This document shows positions 10,984-21,976 of a DNA stretch of 64,000 nt, piece after piece. The stretch is from an uncultured Chitinophagaceae bacterium (GTDB taxonomy: Bacteria; Bacteroidota; Bacteroidia; Chitinophagales; Chitinophagaceae), in assembly GCA_963801295.1 (NCBI GenBank), contig CAWDEH010000007.1, positions 699,848 to 763,847 on the forward strand, read 5' to 3'. Under the pieces are notes generated by a model that worked only from the letters and a program-made list of their open reading frames with translations, was not told the origin of the DNA and did no database searches. The translations under genes and the position numbers were made by a program. Position 1 is the first letter of the stretch; every line of letters begins with the position of its first letter.

Positions 10984-12402
10984 GTGAAAATTCTTTCCGT
11001 TATTCCATTCCTGATATTGATCTCCTTCTTCCCACAGGCCCAGTCCATCACCGGCAGCTGGCAGGGATCCCTGGCCCTGGGAGCCCAGAAACTTAAAATC
11101 GTATTTCACATCAAAGCGGACTCAGGGCATGCTTATCTGTCCAGCTTCGACAGCCCGGACCAGGCCGCATTCGGAATCCCCTGCAGCGAAACAAGGATAA
11201 AAGAAGATAGCCTCGAAATACAGATTAAAGTGATAAACGGTGGATACCGGGGAAAATGGGACGGCAAAAACAGCATTACCGGTTACTATTTTCAGAATGG
11301 AAGAAATTTCCCGGCCGATCTTTTCCGCGCACCGGATACGGCGGCTGTACTCGTCAGACCACAGACACCCAAACCGCCGTTCGCTTATAACAGTGAAGAT
11401 CTGGAATATGAAGGGGCTGCCTCCGGAATACACTATTCCGGAACACTTACCTATCCGAAATCCGGTGGCCCGTTCCCCGCCGCGATACTGATCACCGGAA
11501 GTGGCCAGCAGGACCGGGACGAAACCATTTTCGGGCATAAGCCTTTTGCCGTTATTGCCGACTATCTTACAAAACGGGGATATGCTGTTCTGAGAGTGGA
11601 TGACCGTGGGATTGGAAAAAGTACGGGCGATATATCAAAAGCAACCAGTCGGGATTTTGCTAAAGATGTAGAAAGAAGTTTACAGGAGCTGCAAAAACGA
11701 AAAGATATTGACCCGAAAAGAATCGGGCTGATCGGTCACAGCGAAGGCGGACTGATTGCATCCATGGTAGCTTCCGAGAATAAGAGTGTAGACTTTATCA
11801 TCATGCTGGCAGGCCCGGGTTTAAAGGGTTCTGCATTACTGGAATGGCAAAACGAAGCCGCTGCCCGCTCGCAGGGAGCAAGTGCGGAAATGGCCGAATC
11901 CTATAAAAAATTAAGCACATCGGTTATTCAGGCGGCGCTGTCTTCCCGCGATACGAGCGTGCAAATGCAGGAAGCGTGGAAATCATTTTTATCCTGGAAA
12001 GAAGTGATTGATCCGGGCGCAGTCTCCGCCATGGGCCTGAACAATGAAACAAATTCCAAAAATTTTCTACGGTCTCAGCTTGAAAGGCTCGACAATCCCT
12101 GGATGATCTATTTCCTTCAGACAGACCCTGCAGATTATATCAGTAAATTGCACTGCAAGGTCCTTGCCCTGAATGGTGCGAAAGATATCCAGGTTGTTCC
12201 GGATCAAAATCTGGCAGGCATCGACAGCGCATTAAAGAAAAGCGCTGTTAAGATCTATGCTACAGAAAAAATTCCGGGACTGAATCATCTTTTTCAGCAT
12301 TGTAAAACCTGTACGGTTGCAGAATACGCACAACTGGAAGAGAGTTTTGCACCGGAGGTGTTACAGATCATGGGCGACTGGCTGGATAAAAACGTAAAAT
12401 AA
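10984..12402 (+). CDS. Secreted alpha/beta hydrolase (S9/S15-like)
   Basis: Signal peptide, ITGSGQQDRDE, DDRGIGKS, GHSEG nucleophile elbow, LNHLFQ. Confidence 0.88.
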   Translation: MKILSVIPFLILISFFPQAQSITGSWQGSLALGAQKLKIVFHIKADSGHAYLSSFDSPDQAAFGIPCSETRIKEDSLEIQIKVINGGYRGKWDGKNSITGYYFQNGRNFPADLFRAPDTAAVLVRPQTPKPPFAYNSEDLEYEGAASGIHYSGTLTYPKSGGPFPAAILITGSGQQDRDETIFGHKPFAVIADYLTKRGYAVLRVDDRGIGKSTGDISKATSRDFAKDVERSLQELQKRKDIDPKRIGLIGHSEGGLIASMVASENKSVDFIIMLAGPGLKGSALLEWQNEAAARSQGASAEMAESYKKLSTSVIQAALSSRDTSVQMQEAWKSFLSWKEVIDPGAVSAMGLNNETNSKNFLRSQLERLDNPWMIYFLQTDPADYISKLHCKVLALNGAKDIQVVPDQNLAGIDSALKKSAVKIYATEKIPGLNHLFQHCKTCTVAEYAQLEESFAPEVLQIMGDWLDKNVK

Positions 12403-12403
12403 A

Positions 12404-13000
12404 GTGAACTATCTCGCACATGCCTGGCTGTCTTTTTCCGATCCGGATATTCTCGCCGGCAATATGATCAGTGATTTTGTTAAGGGCAAGAAAAAATTTG
12501 ATTACCCGCCGAAAGTACAGAACGGCATCAGCCTGCACCGGAAGATTGACGAATACACAGATTATCATCCGGCCACTCAGGATGCAAAACAATTTCTGAA
12601 AGCATCCTGCGGTTTGTATGCCGGGAGCTTTATTGACATCGTATATGATCATTTCCTGGCCAACGACAACCATGAATTTGAAGAAGGAGCATTGGCTGTT
12701 TTTGCAGAGAAAACCTATGGCCAGCTGGACGCGTATAAAAATCTGCTGCCGGAGAAATTCGAACGGTTCCTGTATTATATGCGGGAGCAGAACTGGTTAT
12801 TGCATTATCGTTCCATGGAAGGGATCCACCGCAGTTTTCAGGGACTTACCCATCGGGCAAAATATATTCAGGACGCAGAACCGGTTTATCAGGCCTTCCT
12901 CGATCACTACGAAGCGTTAAAGAATTGCTATGATCTTTTCTTTCCCAACCTGAAGACTTTCGCCTACAATGAGTTGCTCTATCTTCGTCCGGGCGACTAA
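12404..13000 (+). CDS. acpH: ACP phosphodiesterase (DUF479)
   Basis: MNYLAH, GNMISDFVKG, LHRKIDEYTD and DIVYDHFLA motifs. Confidence 0.85.
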   Translation: MNYLAHAWLSFSDPDILAGNMISDFVKGKKKFDYPPKVQNGISLHRKIDEYTDYHPATQDAKQFLKASCGLYAGSFIDIVYDHFLANDNHEFEEGALAVFAEKTYGQLDAYKNLLPEKFERFLYYMREQNWLLHYRSMEGIHRSFQGLTHRAKYIQDAEPVYQAFLDHYEALKNCYDLFFPNLKTFAYNELLYLRPGD

Positions 13001-13043
13001 GCAGAAATACTTAGTCGTACCTTTGCCCATCAATTGAAGAAAT

Positions 13044-13605
13044 ATGAAAGCTGCCATTTTTAGTCTGCTGATGCTCGGTTTTATCGCGGTACAGGCGCAA
13101 ACGCCCCTGCCACCTCTGGATAAATCGCCCATGGACATGAGTTACTATCCCGGTCAACTATCCCATCCTTAAAATTCAGCATAAGGCAGACGCGCCGCTG
13201 ATTGCCCGCGTAATCTATGGACGGCCTCAGAAAAATAACCGGACCATCTTCGGAGACCTCGTTCCATATCACAGTGTATGGCGCCTGGGAGCCAATGAGG
13301 CAACGGAGATTGAATTTTTCCGGGATGTGAAAATCAACAATAAAAAAGTGCCGAAAGGAGAATATACATTGTATGCTATTCCGGATACCAGTCAATGGAC
13401 CCTGATCCTCAACAAAGAAACCGATACCTGGGGTGCGTTTGACTATGATGCTAAAAAAGACGTGCTCCGGGTGAATGTGCCGGTGAAAAAAATGAGCGAA
13501 ATTGCGGACGTACTGACCATTTGCTTTGATGGCAAGGAAAAAAATAACACGGAATTATGCATGACCTGGGACGATCAGCAGGCCCTTCTGCCCATTAGCT
13601 GGTAA
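13044..13605 (+). CDS. DUF2911 domain protein; frameshifted
   Basis: DKSPMD, YGRP, VWRLGANEATEI and WGAFDYD motifs; TACCTTTG promoter box at 13018-13025. Confidence 0.8.
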
Positions 13606-13658
13606 CCCGTTCCTTTGTATCGAATACGATCTTTTTCTTTATCATAAATCTGTTGCAC

Positions 13659-14798
13659 ATGAAATTTGCTACCCGGCTCATCCACGCAGGCATGGAGCCC
13701 GACCCCTCCACTGGCGCTATTATTCCGCCAATATACCAGACCTCCACTTTTGTTCAGGCTGCCCCCGGCAATCATAAAGGTTATGAATATGCACGTTCGC
13801 AGAATCCCACCCGTACAGCACTGGAAAAAGCGCTGGCCAGCATCGAAAATGCACGCCATGCACTGAGTTTCAGCAGTGGCGTTGCCGCTTCCGATGCGGT
13901 GATCCGCCTGCTGGTTCCGGGAGACGAGGTAATTGCGGCCAGCGATATGTATGGCGGCACTTTCCGTCTCTTCTCCAAAATATTTGAAAAAGCCGGAATT
14001 CATTTTCATTATGTGAATATGCAGAACCCGGAGAACATACGCCCGCTCATCAGCGCCAAAACAAAAATGATCTGGACGGAAACACCCACCAATCCCCTGA
14101 TGAATATTGTAGATCTGGCGGCAGTGGCTGCCATTGCCAAAGAAAAAAAACTCTTGTTCTGCGTGGATAATACTTTTGCTTCGCCCTGTCTGCAGAATCC
14201 GCTGGATCTGGGTGCGGACATTGTTGTTCACTCCGCCACCAAATACCTGGGCGGTCACAGTGATGTGATCCACGGATGTGTAATGCTGAATGATACAGAC
14301 CTTCGCGACCAGCTATATTTCATACAGAAATCCTGCGGCGCTGTGCCGGGACCGCAGGATTGTTTCCTGGTTTTAAGGGGCATTAAAACCCTGCAGGTCC
14401 GGATGGAAAGGCATTGTCAGAATGGGGAAAAGATCGCCCTTTACCTGCGCAGGCATCCAAAGGTTGCCCGGGTTTACTGGTGTGGCTTTGAAGATCATCC
14501 CGGATATGCCGTGGCAAAAAAGCAAATGTCCGGCTTTGGCGGCATGCTCAGTTTTGAATTGAAAAACGATTCTCCGGAAGAAACCAAACGAGTTCTTTCT
14601 TCAACGAAATTATTTTCCCTCGCAGAAAGCCTGGGCGGCGTCGAATCCCTGATGAGCCATCCCGCCAGCATGACCCACGCGTCTATTCCCCGCGAAGAGC
14701 GCATTAAGAATGGTTTGAGCGATGGCCTGATCCGGCTGAGTGTGGGAATTGAGGATGGGGGGGATTTGGTGCAAGACCTGGAGGAAGCAATTGGATGA
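13659..14798 (+). CDS. Cystathionine gamma-synthase/lyase (Cys/Met PLP enzyme)
   Basis: YARSQNPT, ETPTNP, HSATKYLGGHSD and LAESLGGVESL motifs. Confidence 0.92.
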   Translation: MKFATRLIHAGMEPDPSTGAIIPPIYQTSTFVQAAPGNHKGYEYARSQNPTRTALEKALASIENARHALSFSSGVAASDAVIRLLVPGDEVIAASDMYGGTFRLFSKIFEKAGIHFHYVNMQNPENIRPLISAKTKMIWTETPTNPLMNIVDLAAVAAIAKEKKLLFCVDNTFASPCLQNPLDLGADIVVHSATKYLGGHSDVIHGCVMLNDTDLRDQLYFIQKSCGAVPGPQDCFLVLRGIKTLQVRMERHCQNGEKIALYLRRHPKVARVYWCGFEDHPGYAVAKKQMSGFGGMLSFELKNDSPEETKRVLSSTKLFSLAESLGGVESLMSHPASMTHASIPREERIKNGLSDGLIRLSVGIEDGGDLVQDLEEAIG

Positions 14799-14904
14799 CG
14801 GTTGACGGATGACGGTTGACGGACTGTATGCGGTCATAGTGATTAGATACTTTCTCGTTGCAACACGGAAGTCCGTCAACCGTCATCCGTCAACCGTCAT
14901 CCAA
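14791..14904. repeat. REPIN/MITE-like element with perfect 35-bp inverted repeats built from CCGTCAW heptamers
   Basis: 14791-14825 is the exact reverse complement of 14870-14904; 44-nt spacer. Confidence 0.9.
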
Positions 14905-14909
14905 AACAA

Positions 14910-15692
14910 ATGTTCCAGCCCACCACCAAAGCCTCTCTCCAAAATTTGCTCGAAAAGAAAGTAAAGCAATACAATCAGCCTTCTTTTATTCCGACTGATC
15001 CGATATCGGTGCCGCACCAGTTCAGTAAAAAGCAGGACATCGAGATTGCGGGACTATTTGCAGCCGTTTTTGCCTGGGGAAACCGGGCAACCATTATCCG
15101 GAAATCCAATGAGCTGATGGAACTAATGGACGAAGCGCCACATGATTTCGTGCTGAATCACCGGCCCCGCGATCTGAAAAAATTACTGCAGTTCAGACAT
15201 CGTACATTCAATAGCACCGATCTGCTCTATTTTATCCGGTATTTACAATCCCATTACCAGGAAAATGAATCGCTGGAGCCGGCTTTTATTTCAACCGCCC
15301 CCGGAAAGGACAGGATGAAGAGCGGTCTTTCTTCCTTTTATACGCGTTTTTTTTCTCTGGACGATGCGCCGCACCGCACGCAGAAACATATCGCCACGCC
15401 TCAAAAAAATGCGGCCTGTAAAAGATTGAACATGTATCTGCGCTGGATGGTGCGTCAGGATAAAAACGGGGTGGACTTTGGTTTGTGGAAGAAGATTTCG
15501 CCGGCAGACCTCATTTGTCCGGTCGACCTGCACGTAGCCCGTGTTGCCAAACGGTTTGGATTGATCAGCCGGAATCAGACAGACTGGACTACGGCAATGG
15601 AACTGACGGAAGCGCTCCGTGAGATGGATCAAAAAGATCCGGTGAAATTTGATTTTGCTTTGTTCGGCCTGGGCGTTTTTGAAAAATACTGA
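14910..15692 (+). CDS. TIGR02757 family protein (DUF2400)
   Basis: DPISVPH, FAWGNR, CKRLNMYLRWMVR, PVDLHV and DPVKFDFALFG motifs. Confidence 0.88.
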   Translation: MFQPTTKASLQNLLEKKVKQYNQPSFIPTDPISVPHQFSKKQDIEIAGLFAAVFAWGNRATIIRKSNELMELMDEAPHDFVLNHRPRDLKKLLQFRHRTFNSTDLLYFIRYLQSHYQENESLEPAFISTAPGKDRMKSGLSSFYTRFFSLDDAPHRTQKHIATPQKNAACKRLNMYLRWMVRQDKNGVDFGLWKKISPADLICPVDLHVARVAKRFGLISRNQTDWTTAMELTEALREMDQKDPVKFDFALFGLGVFEKY

Positions 15693-15724
15693 TGCTGTGT
15701 AGATTATTTATCCCGCATCCGGAT

Positions 15725-16390
15725 TTATTTATACATCAGTTCCCGCACCTTCTCTTTGTCTTCTTTCTCCTTATCCAGGTTGAACATGGTTCCGAATACC
15801 CGGTCCCAGATGGTGGTGCTTACCCCAAATCCTTTATTGTCGTCTTTGTAATGATGCAGGTGATGATTTCTCCACAATGGCTTCATCCATTTGAACGGCG
15901 GGTTCCATGCATGAATGGCGTAATGAACACTGCCGTACATCAGGTACCCCAGTATAAATCCGGAAAAGAAAGCAAATGAATATTCCTTCATCGCCAGGAA
16001 CATGATCCCGAAAATCACGGATGAGATGATGATACTGGGCACCGGCGGCATGAAGAGCCGCTCCTTATCCCGTGGGAAATGATGATGGTTCCCGTGCATT
16101 ACGTAGATGAACTTTTTTGCTCTTTCACTTTCTCCGACTGCATGGAAAGCAAAACGGTGCATCAGGTATTCAAAAAACGTCCAGAAAAACATACCTCCCA
16201 TAAATACGCCGAATATGGCGCCGTAACCCATTCCGAACCTGAAATGACTCAGGTATAAGAAATAAATGATGACGGGTATATACATCCCCCAGATTACCAA
16301 AGGATGGGTCTTCGTCAGCATTTCCATATAGTGATTCTGGAATAATTGCGCCTGCCCCTTGTTATGAATCTTCTCGAACTTCATCCCCAT
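15725..16390 (-). CDS. Fatty acid hydroxylase / sterol desaturase family (FA2H-like)
   Basis: His boxes EYLMHRFAFH, HGNHHHFP, HYAIH and HHLHHY. Confidence 0.9.
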   Translation of the reverse strand: MGMKFEKIHNKGQAQLFQNHYMEMLTKTHPLVIWGMYIPVIIYFLYLSHFRFGMGYGAIFGVFMGGMFFWTFFEYLMHRFAFHAVGESERAKKFIYVMHGNHHHFPRDKERLFMPPVPSIIISSVIFGIMFLAMKEYSFAFFSGFILGYLMYGSVHYAIHAWNPPFKWMKPLWRNHHLHHYKDDNKGFGVSTTIWDRVFGTMFNLDKEKEDKEKVRELMYK

Positions 16391-16540
16391 TCAATTAAAA
16401 GTCAAAAATACAGCTAAACAGTAAAAAAACCATTGTTTAGTTTGCAATCAAAAACTGTTCCGGATAAAAAACACTTCTTGTATCTCCTTTAAAAAAATTT
16501 ATTCAGTTTAACAGTTTCCGCCTGAAAAAACTTATTCCTG

Positions 16541-16548
16541 TACATTTG
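16541..16548 (+). promoter_or_regulatory. -7 promoter box TACATTTG for lysS
   Basis: Exact TAnnTTTG match 25 nt upstream of the ATG. Confidence 0.6.
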
Positions 16549-16573
16549 CCAGAATTTAGAACTGAATTATCGT

Positions 16574-18097
16574 ATGGCCACTGCCCATTTGTCTGAACAG
16601 GAATTAATCCGTCGCGAAAAATTAAAATCACTGCGGGAACTGGGAATAGCCGCCTATCCCGCGCCTGCATTTCCGGTGAACAGCAGTGCAGCATATATTA
16701 AGTCAAATTTTAAGGGAGAAGAAAATAAATCCGATTTTGAATCGGTATGTCTGGCCGGCCGCATCATGAGTATCCGCGACATGGGAAAAGCATCTTTTGC
16801 GGTTATTCAGGACAGCTCAGGAAAAATACAGCTTTATATAAAAAGGGATGAAATATGCCTTGGAGAAGATAAAACATTATATGATAAAGTATGGAAACAC
16901 CTCACGGATATCGGAGACATCATTGGGGTAAAAGGATACGTGTTTATCACTAAAACCGGAGAGACTTCGGTTCATGTGAAGGAACTAACCCTTCTCGCCA
17001 AGGCTTTACGACCCATTCCGGTGGTGAAAGAGAAGGAAGGGGAAACATTCGACGCGGTAACAGATCCGGAATTCCGCTACCGCCAGCGATATGCCGACCT
17101 CATCGTGAATCCCCAGGTGAAGGAAGTGTTTATCAAACGCACCCGGATGGTCAATGCCATGCGGGAATTCCTCAATGCCCAGGGCGCTCTGGAAGTGGAT
17201 ACACCGGTTTTACAGACCATTCCCGGAGGTGCTGCCGCCCGACCCTTCATTACCCACCACAATGCGCTGGACATCCCCCTGTACCTGCGTATTGCCAATG
17301 AGCTATACCTGAAACGCCTGATCGTGGGTGGCTTCGACTGGGTTTATGAATTCAGCCGGAATTTCCGCAACGAGGGCATGGACCGGACCCATAATCCGGA
17401 GTTTACCATACTCGAGTTCTATGTGGCTTACAAGGACTATTTCTGGATGATGGAAACGACGGAGAAAATGCTGGAAACAACGGCAAAAACGGTCAACGGC
17501 AGTACGAAAGTAAAGTCCGGGGAGAAAGAGATCGATTTTAAAGCTCCCTATAAAAGAATCAGTATTTACGATGCCATCCGGGAAGCGACCGGAGAAGATG
17601 TGGCGCGGATGAACGAAGATGAATTGAGGAACCTGTGTAAAAAATTGCATATCCAGGCCGACAACAGTATGGGCAAGGGCAAACTGATCGATGAATTATT
17701 CGGCAGCCAGTGCGAACAGCGCTACGTTCAGCCCACCTTCATTACCGATTATCCGGTAGAAATGAGTCCGCTTACCAAAAAACACCGCAGCCAGCCCGGC
17801 CTGGTAGAACGTTTTGAGCTGATTATCAACGGAAAAGAAATAGCCAACGCCTACTCCGAACTGAATGACCCCATAGATCAAAGGGAGCGCTTTGAGGAAC
17901 AGTCGGCCCTGATGGCCCGGGGCGACGAAGAAGCTATGTTTATTGACCATGATTTCCTTCGCGCCCTGGAATACGGCATGCCCCCTACGGCGGGCATCGG
18001 TATCGGCATCGACAGGCTTGCGATGCTACTCACCCAACAGGTTTCGATCCAGGATGTCCTGCTTTTTCCGCAGATGCGTCCCGAGAAAGATGGTTGA
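16574..18097 (+). CDS. lysS: Lysine--tRNA ligase (class II)
   Basis: [30 protein letters not shown] and [16 protein letters not shown] motifs. Confidence 0.97.
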   Translation: MATAHLSEQELIRREKLKSLRELGIAAYPAPAFPVNSSAAYIKSNFKGEENKSDFESVCLAGRIMSIRDMGKASFAVIQDSSGKIQLYIKRDEICLGEDKTLYDKVWKHLTDIGDIIGVKGYVFITKTGETSVHVKELTLLAKALRPIPVVKEKEGETFDAVTDPEFRYRQRYADLIVNPQVKEVFIKRTRMVNAMREFLNAQGALEVDTPVLQTIPGGAAARPFITHHNALDIPLYLRIANELYLKRLIVGGFDWVYEFSRNFRNEGMDRTHNPEFTILEFYVAYKDYFWMMETTEKMLETTAKTVNGSTKVKSGEKEIDFKAPYKRISIYDAIREATGEDVARMNEDELRNLCKKLHIQADNSMGKGKLIDELFGSQCEQRYVQPTFITDYPVEMSPLTKKHRSQPGLVERFELIINGKEIANAYSELNDPIDQRERFEEQSALMARGDEEAMFIDHDFLRALEYGMPPTAGIGIGIDRLAMLLTQQVSIQDVLLFPQMRPEKDG

Positions 18098-18189
18098 GAG
18101 CGTAAGATTCCCCCTAAATATTTCCACTTAACTCCCTTTTTGTAAAGTACGTAACATCATGGTTATAAGTCGTATATACAATTATGTTA

Positions 18190-18525
<336 letters not shown>

Positions 18526-18550
18526 GAGGGGTGGAAAGGATTTATTATCG

Positions 18551-18671
18551 TGGATGGTATATGGTTAATGGTGGATGGGCTGAGCTTAGACAGTAAACCG
18601 TATACTTTTACAGAAACAAAGGTTGCCCGATCTTCAGCGTAGTCCATCCACCATCTACCATTAGCCATCCA
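18551..18671. repeat. Heptamer-based inverted repeat (CCAT-family)
   Basis: tggatggtatatggttaatggtggatgggct ... agtccatccaccatctaccattagccatcca. Confidence 0.75.
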
Positions 18672-18675
18672 CCAA

Positions 18676-19257
18676 CTAATTCCTCGGCATCCCATTCTCC
18701 GGAAACGCAAACGGTCCGGTAATCTGAAAGATCGTATAGCCGCTGAAATCCTGGGGGGCTTCGAGGCCGGTGCCATAAAGGACGGTTCCGCCTGCCTTGT
18801 GGATCCGGACGGGCTTATCGGTATAGAACTTCTCCTTTTTCTGGTCCCACCAAAGCTCCTGGCAGTACAGAGTATCCCCCTTGAGGATATTTTTTAATAC
18901 CACACTATCCTTTAAAAGAACCCGCTCGTTGATTTCAAAACGCTTTCCGTACAGGGCATCGAGTGTGCTTTCAATGATCTCGGTAGAATCTTTATAAAAA
19001 TCCACGTGAAGGGATTTAGGGAATTCAAGATAGGGCGAATCCACTTCATTCCTTCGCATATACGGGGCCGTTAATTTCGCTTTTACCTTTGCGCTCACGC
19101 TGTAAAAGGCGGTGATTTGCTTTCCTTCATCTATGCTGATGTGCTTCTCCCTGAAATTGGGCAGGTTCTTCATATTATTCTCGCAGGCCGGCAGCAGCAG
19201 GCAGCCCAGCATTCCACCCAGGAACCAATAAGAATATTTTGTAAAAAGGGCAGACAT
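18676..19257 (-). CDS. lptC: LPS export periplasmic protein LptC (lipoprotein)
   Basis: Lipobox LPAC; EFPKSLHVDFY, GDTLYCQELWWDQ and YTDKPVRI motifs. Confidence 0.85.
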   Translation of the reverse strand: MSALFTKYSYWFLGGMLGCLLLPACENNMKNLPNFREKHISIDEGKQITAFYSVSAKVKAKLTAPYMRRNEVDSPYLEFPKSLHVDFYKDSTEIIESTLDALYGKRFEINERVLLKDSVVLKNILKGDTLYCQELWWDQKKEKFYTDKPVRIHKAGGTVLYGTGLEAPQDFSGYTIFQITGPFAFPENGMPRN

Positions 19258-19472
19258 TTAAAAAATTGAATCCTCGGATTATGAACTATTCCTACAGTTA
19301 TAACGCTTCACAGGGCTTCACGCGATATCGATGGTTTATCCGCAGACTTCCTGGTTTTGTTATTACAAAATGAATTCCAACAATTTCTGATCCCGGCAGT
19401 ATATCCCGGGGGCCCGTAAAGATAGCGTCTGCGGGTATCACATGACTTAAGGAAATACTAAAACTTACCGGA

Positions 19473-20198
19473 TCACTGATTGAATTCGCTGATCACATAA
19501 AGACCCCTGAAAATAAGATCAGGATCCGTTGTAATCTTCTTTTTCAAAAGCGGCGTAAAATAATGCGCATCCCCGCCGGTGATCAGTACATTCAGTTTTT
19601 CATATCGTTCTTCATAAGCTTCCACCACTCCGTCAATCTCCTTTGCCATTCCAATGATCACACCGGATTGTATATTCGTTTTCGTATCATATCCCAGCAG
19701 CGGGAAATTCCAGTGGGGTTCAATCAATGGCAGTTTCGCCGTAAATAATTGCAGCGACTTAAACCGCATTTCCATACCCGGTGAAATGCTGCCACCCACA
19801 AACTGCCTGAAGCGATTAATATAATTATAGGTAATGGCAGATCCAAGGCCAATCACCAGATTATTGTATTCCGGATAAAAATGATTTGCCGCCACCACCA
19901 GCGCCAGCCGGTCGGCGCCAATGGTTTCCGGTTTTCCCACCGGCGTGCTGATGGGGACCCTGGAATGATGATTCAGCTTATGATAGCGGGTTTCTTCCGC
20001 CAGCATATTTTCCAGTTCAGGGTTGTGCTCAATAACGGAGGATAAAATGGTTTTGTCGGGCCGGTACTTCTCAATGCACTCCCTGATGGTTTCATTCTGA
20101 TCGTTCTTCAGCACATGAACGGCTTTCAGTTCGCCATCCACAAAAACAGCAAATTTTAAGCGCGTATTCCCGAAATCAAAGCAAATGGTTGTCAGCAT
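19473..20198 (-). CDS. coaX: Type III pantothenate kinase
   Basis: DFGNTRLK, GADRLA, GGSISPG and TGGDA motifs. Confidence 0.92.
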   Translation of the reverse strand: MLTTICFDFGNTRLKFAVFVDGELKAVHVLKNDQNETIRECIEKYRPDKTILSSVIEHNPELENMLAEETRYHKLNHHSRVPISTPVGKPETIGADRLALVVAANHFYPEYNNLVIGLGSAITYNYINRFRQFVGGSISPGMEMRFKSLQLFTAKLPLIEPHWNFPLLGYDTKTNIQSGVIIGMAKEIDGVVEAYEERYEKLNVLITGGDAHYFTPLLKKKITTDPDLIFRGLYVISEFNQ

Positions 20199-20219
20199 AC
20201 AATAACATTAGAAAACCGT

Positions 20220-20864
20220 TCATTCCCCAAAACGAAATGAGGATAAATTTTTAAAGTGCCCGTTCAATTTTACCCTTTCTTTCAGTATTTCCATCTCCAT
20301 AATAACCGGCAATACCTTGCCCAAATGTCTTTTTAAGTACTCCTGACGCTGCTCTTCCTTCAATAATTCAAGCAATTCGTATTCCTCTTCCAGGGATAAA
20401 CCGGCATGATGGGCAATATCATAGGCAGTCAGTTCCTCATCGGGCTTTTTAAAATCCTTGCTGATATTGAGCAACCGGTGCAATTCCCGAACAGCCTTTA
20501 GCACGAGTTGCATCAGTTCCTGTTTGTGATAGGCGTTCGAATTATGCGGGTAATTTACAATCGCCCCGCTATATAATTTATCCGGAACGGATTTAATAAT
20601 TTCAAGGATCCGGAAAACCATCGTCCCAATGGTTACAATATCCATCTCTCCGTTCTCATACTCCTTTGCAACCTCTGCGATGGTTACCAGTGTGCCCATC
20701 TCAGACAATTTACCATTGATGATGGTTGGAATGCCAAAAGTCTTTTTACCCGCAACACATTCTTTTACCAGCTCCTTGTACCGGGGCTCAAAAATGTGCA
20801 GGTTGAGCGTTTCCCCCGGATACACTACAATGGATAATGGGAAGATGGGAACAAAATTGGTCAT
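20220..20864 (-). CDS. LON peptidase substrate-binding domain protein
   Basis: PIFPLSIVVYPGETLNLHIFEPRY motif. Confidence 0.88.
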   Translation of the reverse strand: MTNFVPIFPLSIVVYPGETLNLHIFEPRYKELVKECVAGKKTFGIPTIINGKLSEMGTLVTIAEVAKEYENGEMDIVTIGTMVFRILEIIKSVPDKLYSGAIVNYPHNSNAYHKQELMQLVLKAVRELHRLLNISKDFKKPDEELTAYDIAHHAGLSLEEEYELLELLKEEQRQEYLKRHLGKVLPVIMEMEILKERVKLNGHFKNLSSFRFGE

Positions 20865-21019
20865 AATACAAAAACGAAATCGCAATTTAAATATATAAAA
20901 GGACTTATTCCGATCGTCAGCCTGGCCGGGTGTACCGGGACCCCGGCTGAAACAGAATGATATGCTTATTTTGTATCTTGCCGGCGCAAACACATTATCA
21001 TGTACCATTCTCCGGCATT

Positions 21020-21895
21020 GTGAAAATTTCAGGATTTACCATCATCAGGAATGCGGTCATTTGCGATTATCCGGTTGTCGAAGCTATCACTTCCATTCTG
21101 CCCGTGGTCGATGAAATGATCGTATTAATAGGTGATTGCGAAGATCAAACGGAAATGCTGATCCGTTCCATTCCAACAGATAAAATCAGGATTCATCACT
21201 CCGTCTGGGATCCGAATTTAAAAAAAAGTGGCGAGGTGCTGGCGGTTGAAACAGACAAGGCGTTTCAGCTGATTGCTCCGGACAGCGACTGGGCTTTTTA
21301 TATTCAGGCCGACGAAGTGATTCACGAAAAATACCACGATGCCATTCGCGGGGCAGCAGAAAAATATAAACCGGATTTGCGCGTAGACGGATTGCTGTTC
21401 AATTATCTCCATTTTTACGGCACGTACGATTATGTGGGCGACAGCCGCAAATGGTACCATAAAGAAGTGCGTATCATCCGGAATGATAAAAGTATCCATG
21501 CTTACCGCGACGCCCAGGGTTTCCGGAGAGGAACTGAAAAAATCAGGGTGAAACCGATAGACGCATTTGTGTATCATTATGGCTGGGTAAAAAATCCCCG
21601 GCAAATGAAAGAGAAGGTGAAAAAGATACATGTGTATTGGGAAGATTCGGATGATAAGCGTACGAGTGAAAGAAACCTGGCAGGCGAATTATTCGACTTC
21701 AGCGAATTTGATTCTCTCCGGCTTTTTGATAGCAGGCATCCGGCAGTAATGAAAAACCGGATTGCGGAAAAGAACTGGCATGTTGACCTTGATATTTCAA
21801 AAAAGAATTTCTCTCTCAAAGAAAAGCTGCTGTACTGGTATGAAAAAAAAACCAGTAAAAGATTATTTGATTTTAAAAATTACAGGATCATCTGA
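21020..21895 (+). CDS. Glycosyltransferase family 2
   Basis: KISGFTIIRNA, FYIQADE and YHYGWV motifs. Confidence 0.85.
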   Translation: MKISGFTIIRNAVICDYPVVEAITSILPVVDEMIVLIGDCEDQTEMLIRSIPTDKIRIHHSVWDPNLKKSGEVLAVETDKAFQLIAPDSDWAFYIQADEVIHEKYHDAIRGAAEKYKPDLRVDGLLFNYLHFYGTYDYVGDSRKWYHKEVRIIRNDKSIHAYRDAQGFRRGTEKIRVKPIDAFVYHYGWVKNPRQMKEKVKKIHVYWEDSDDKRTSERNLAGELFDFSEFDSLRLFDSRHPAVMKNRIAEKNWHVDLDISKKNFSLKEKLLYWYEKKTSKRLFDFKNYRII

Positions 21896-21976
21896 TCATT
21901 CCCTTTTTCTTCGCAAGCTGAGCATGATGATATGGTTTTGCGGCCAACTTTGATTTTAACTTAGCTTTGAATAAGT

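Noticed and set aside
14791-14904. CRISPR array
   Set aside because: Repeats are inverted and made of heptamers, with no direct repeat-spacer periodicity and no cas genes
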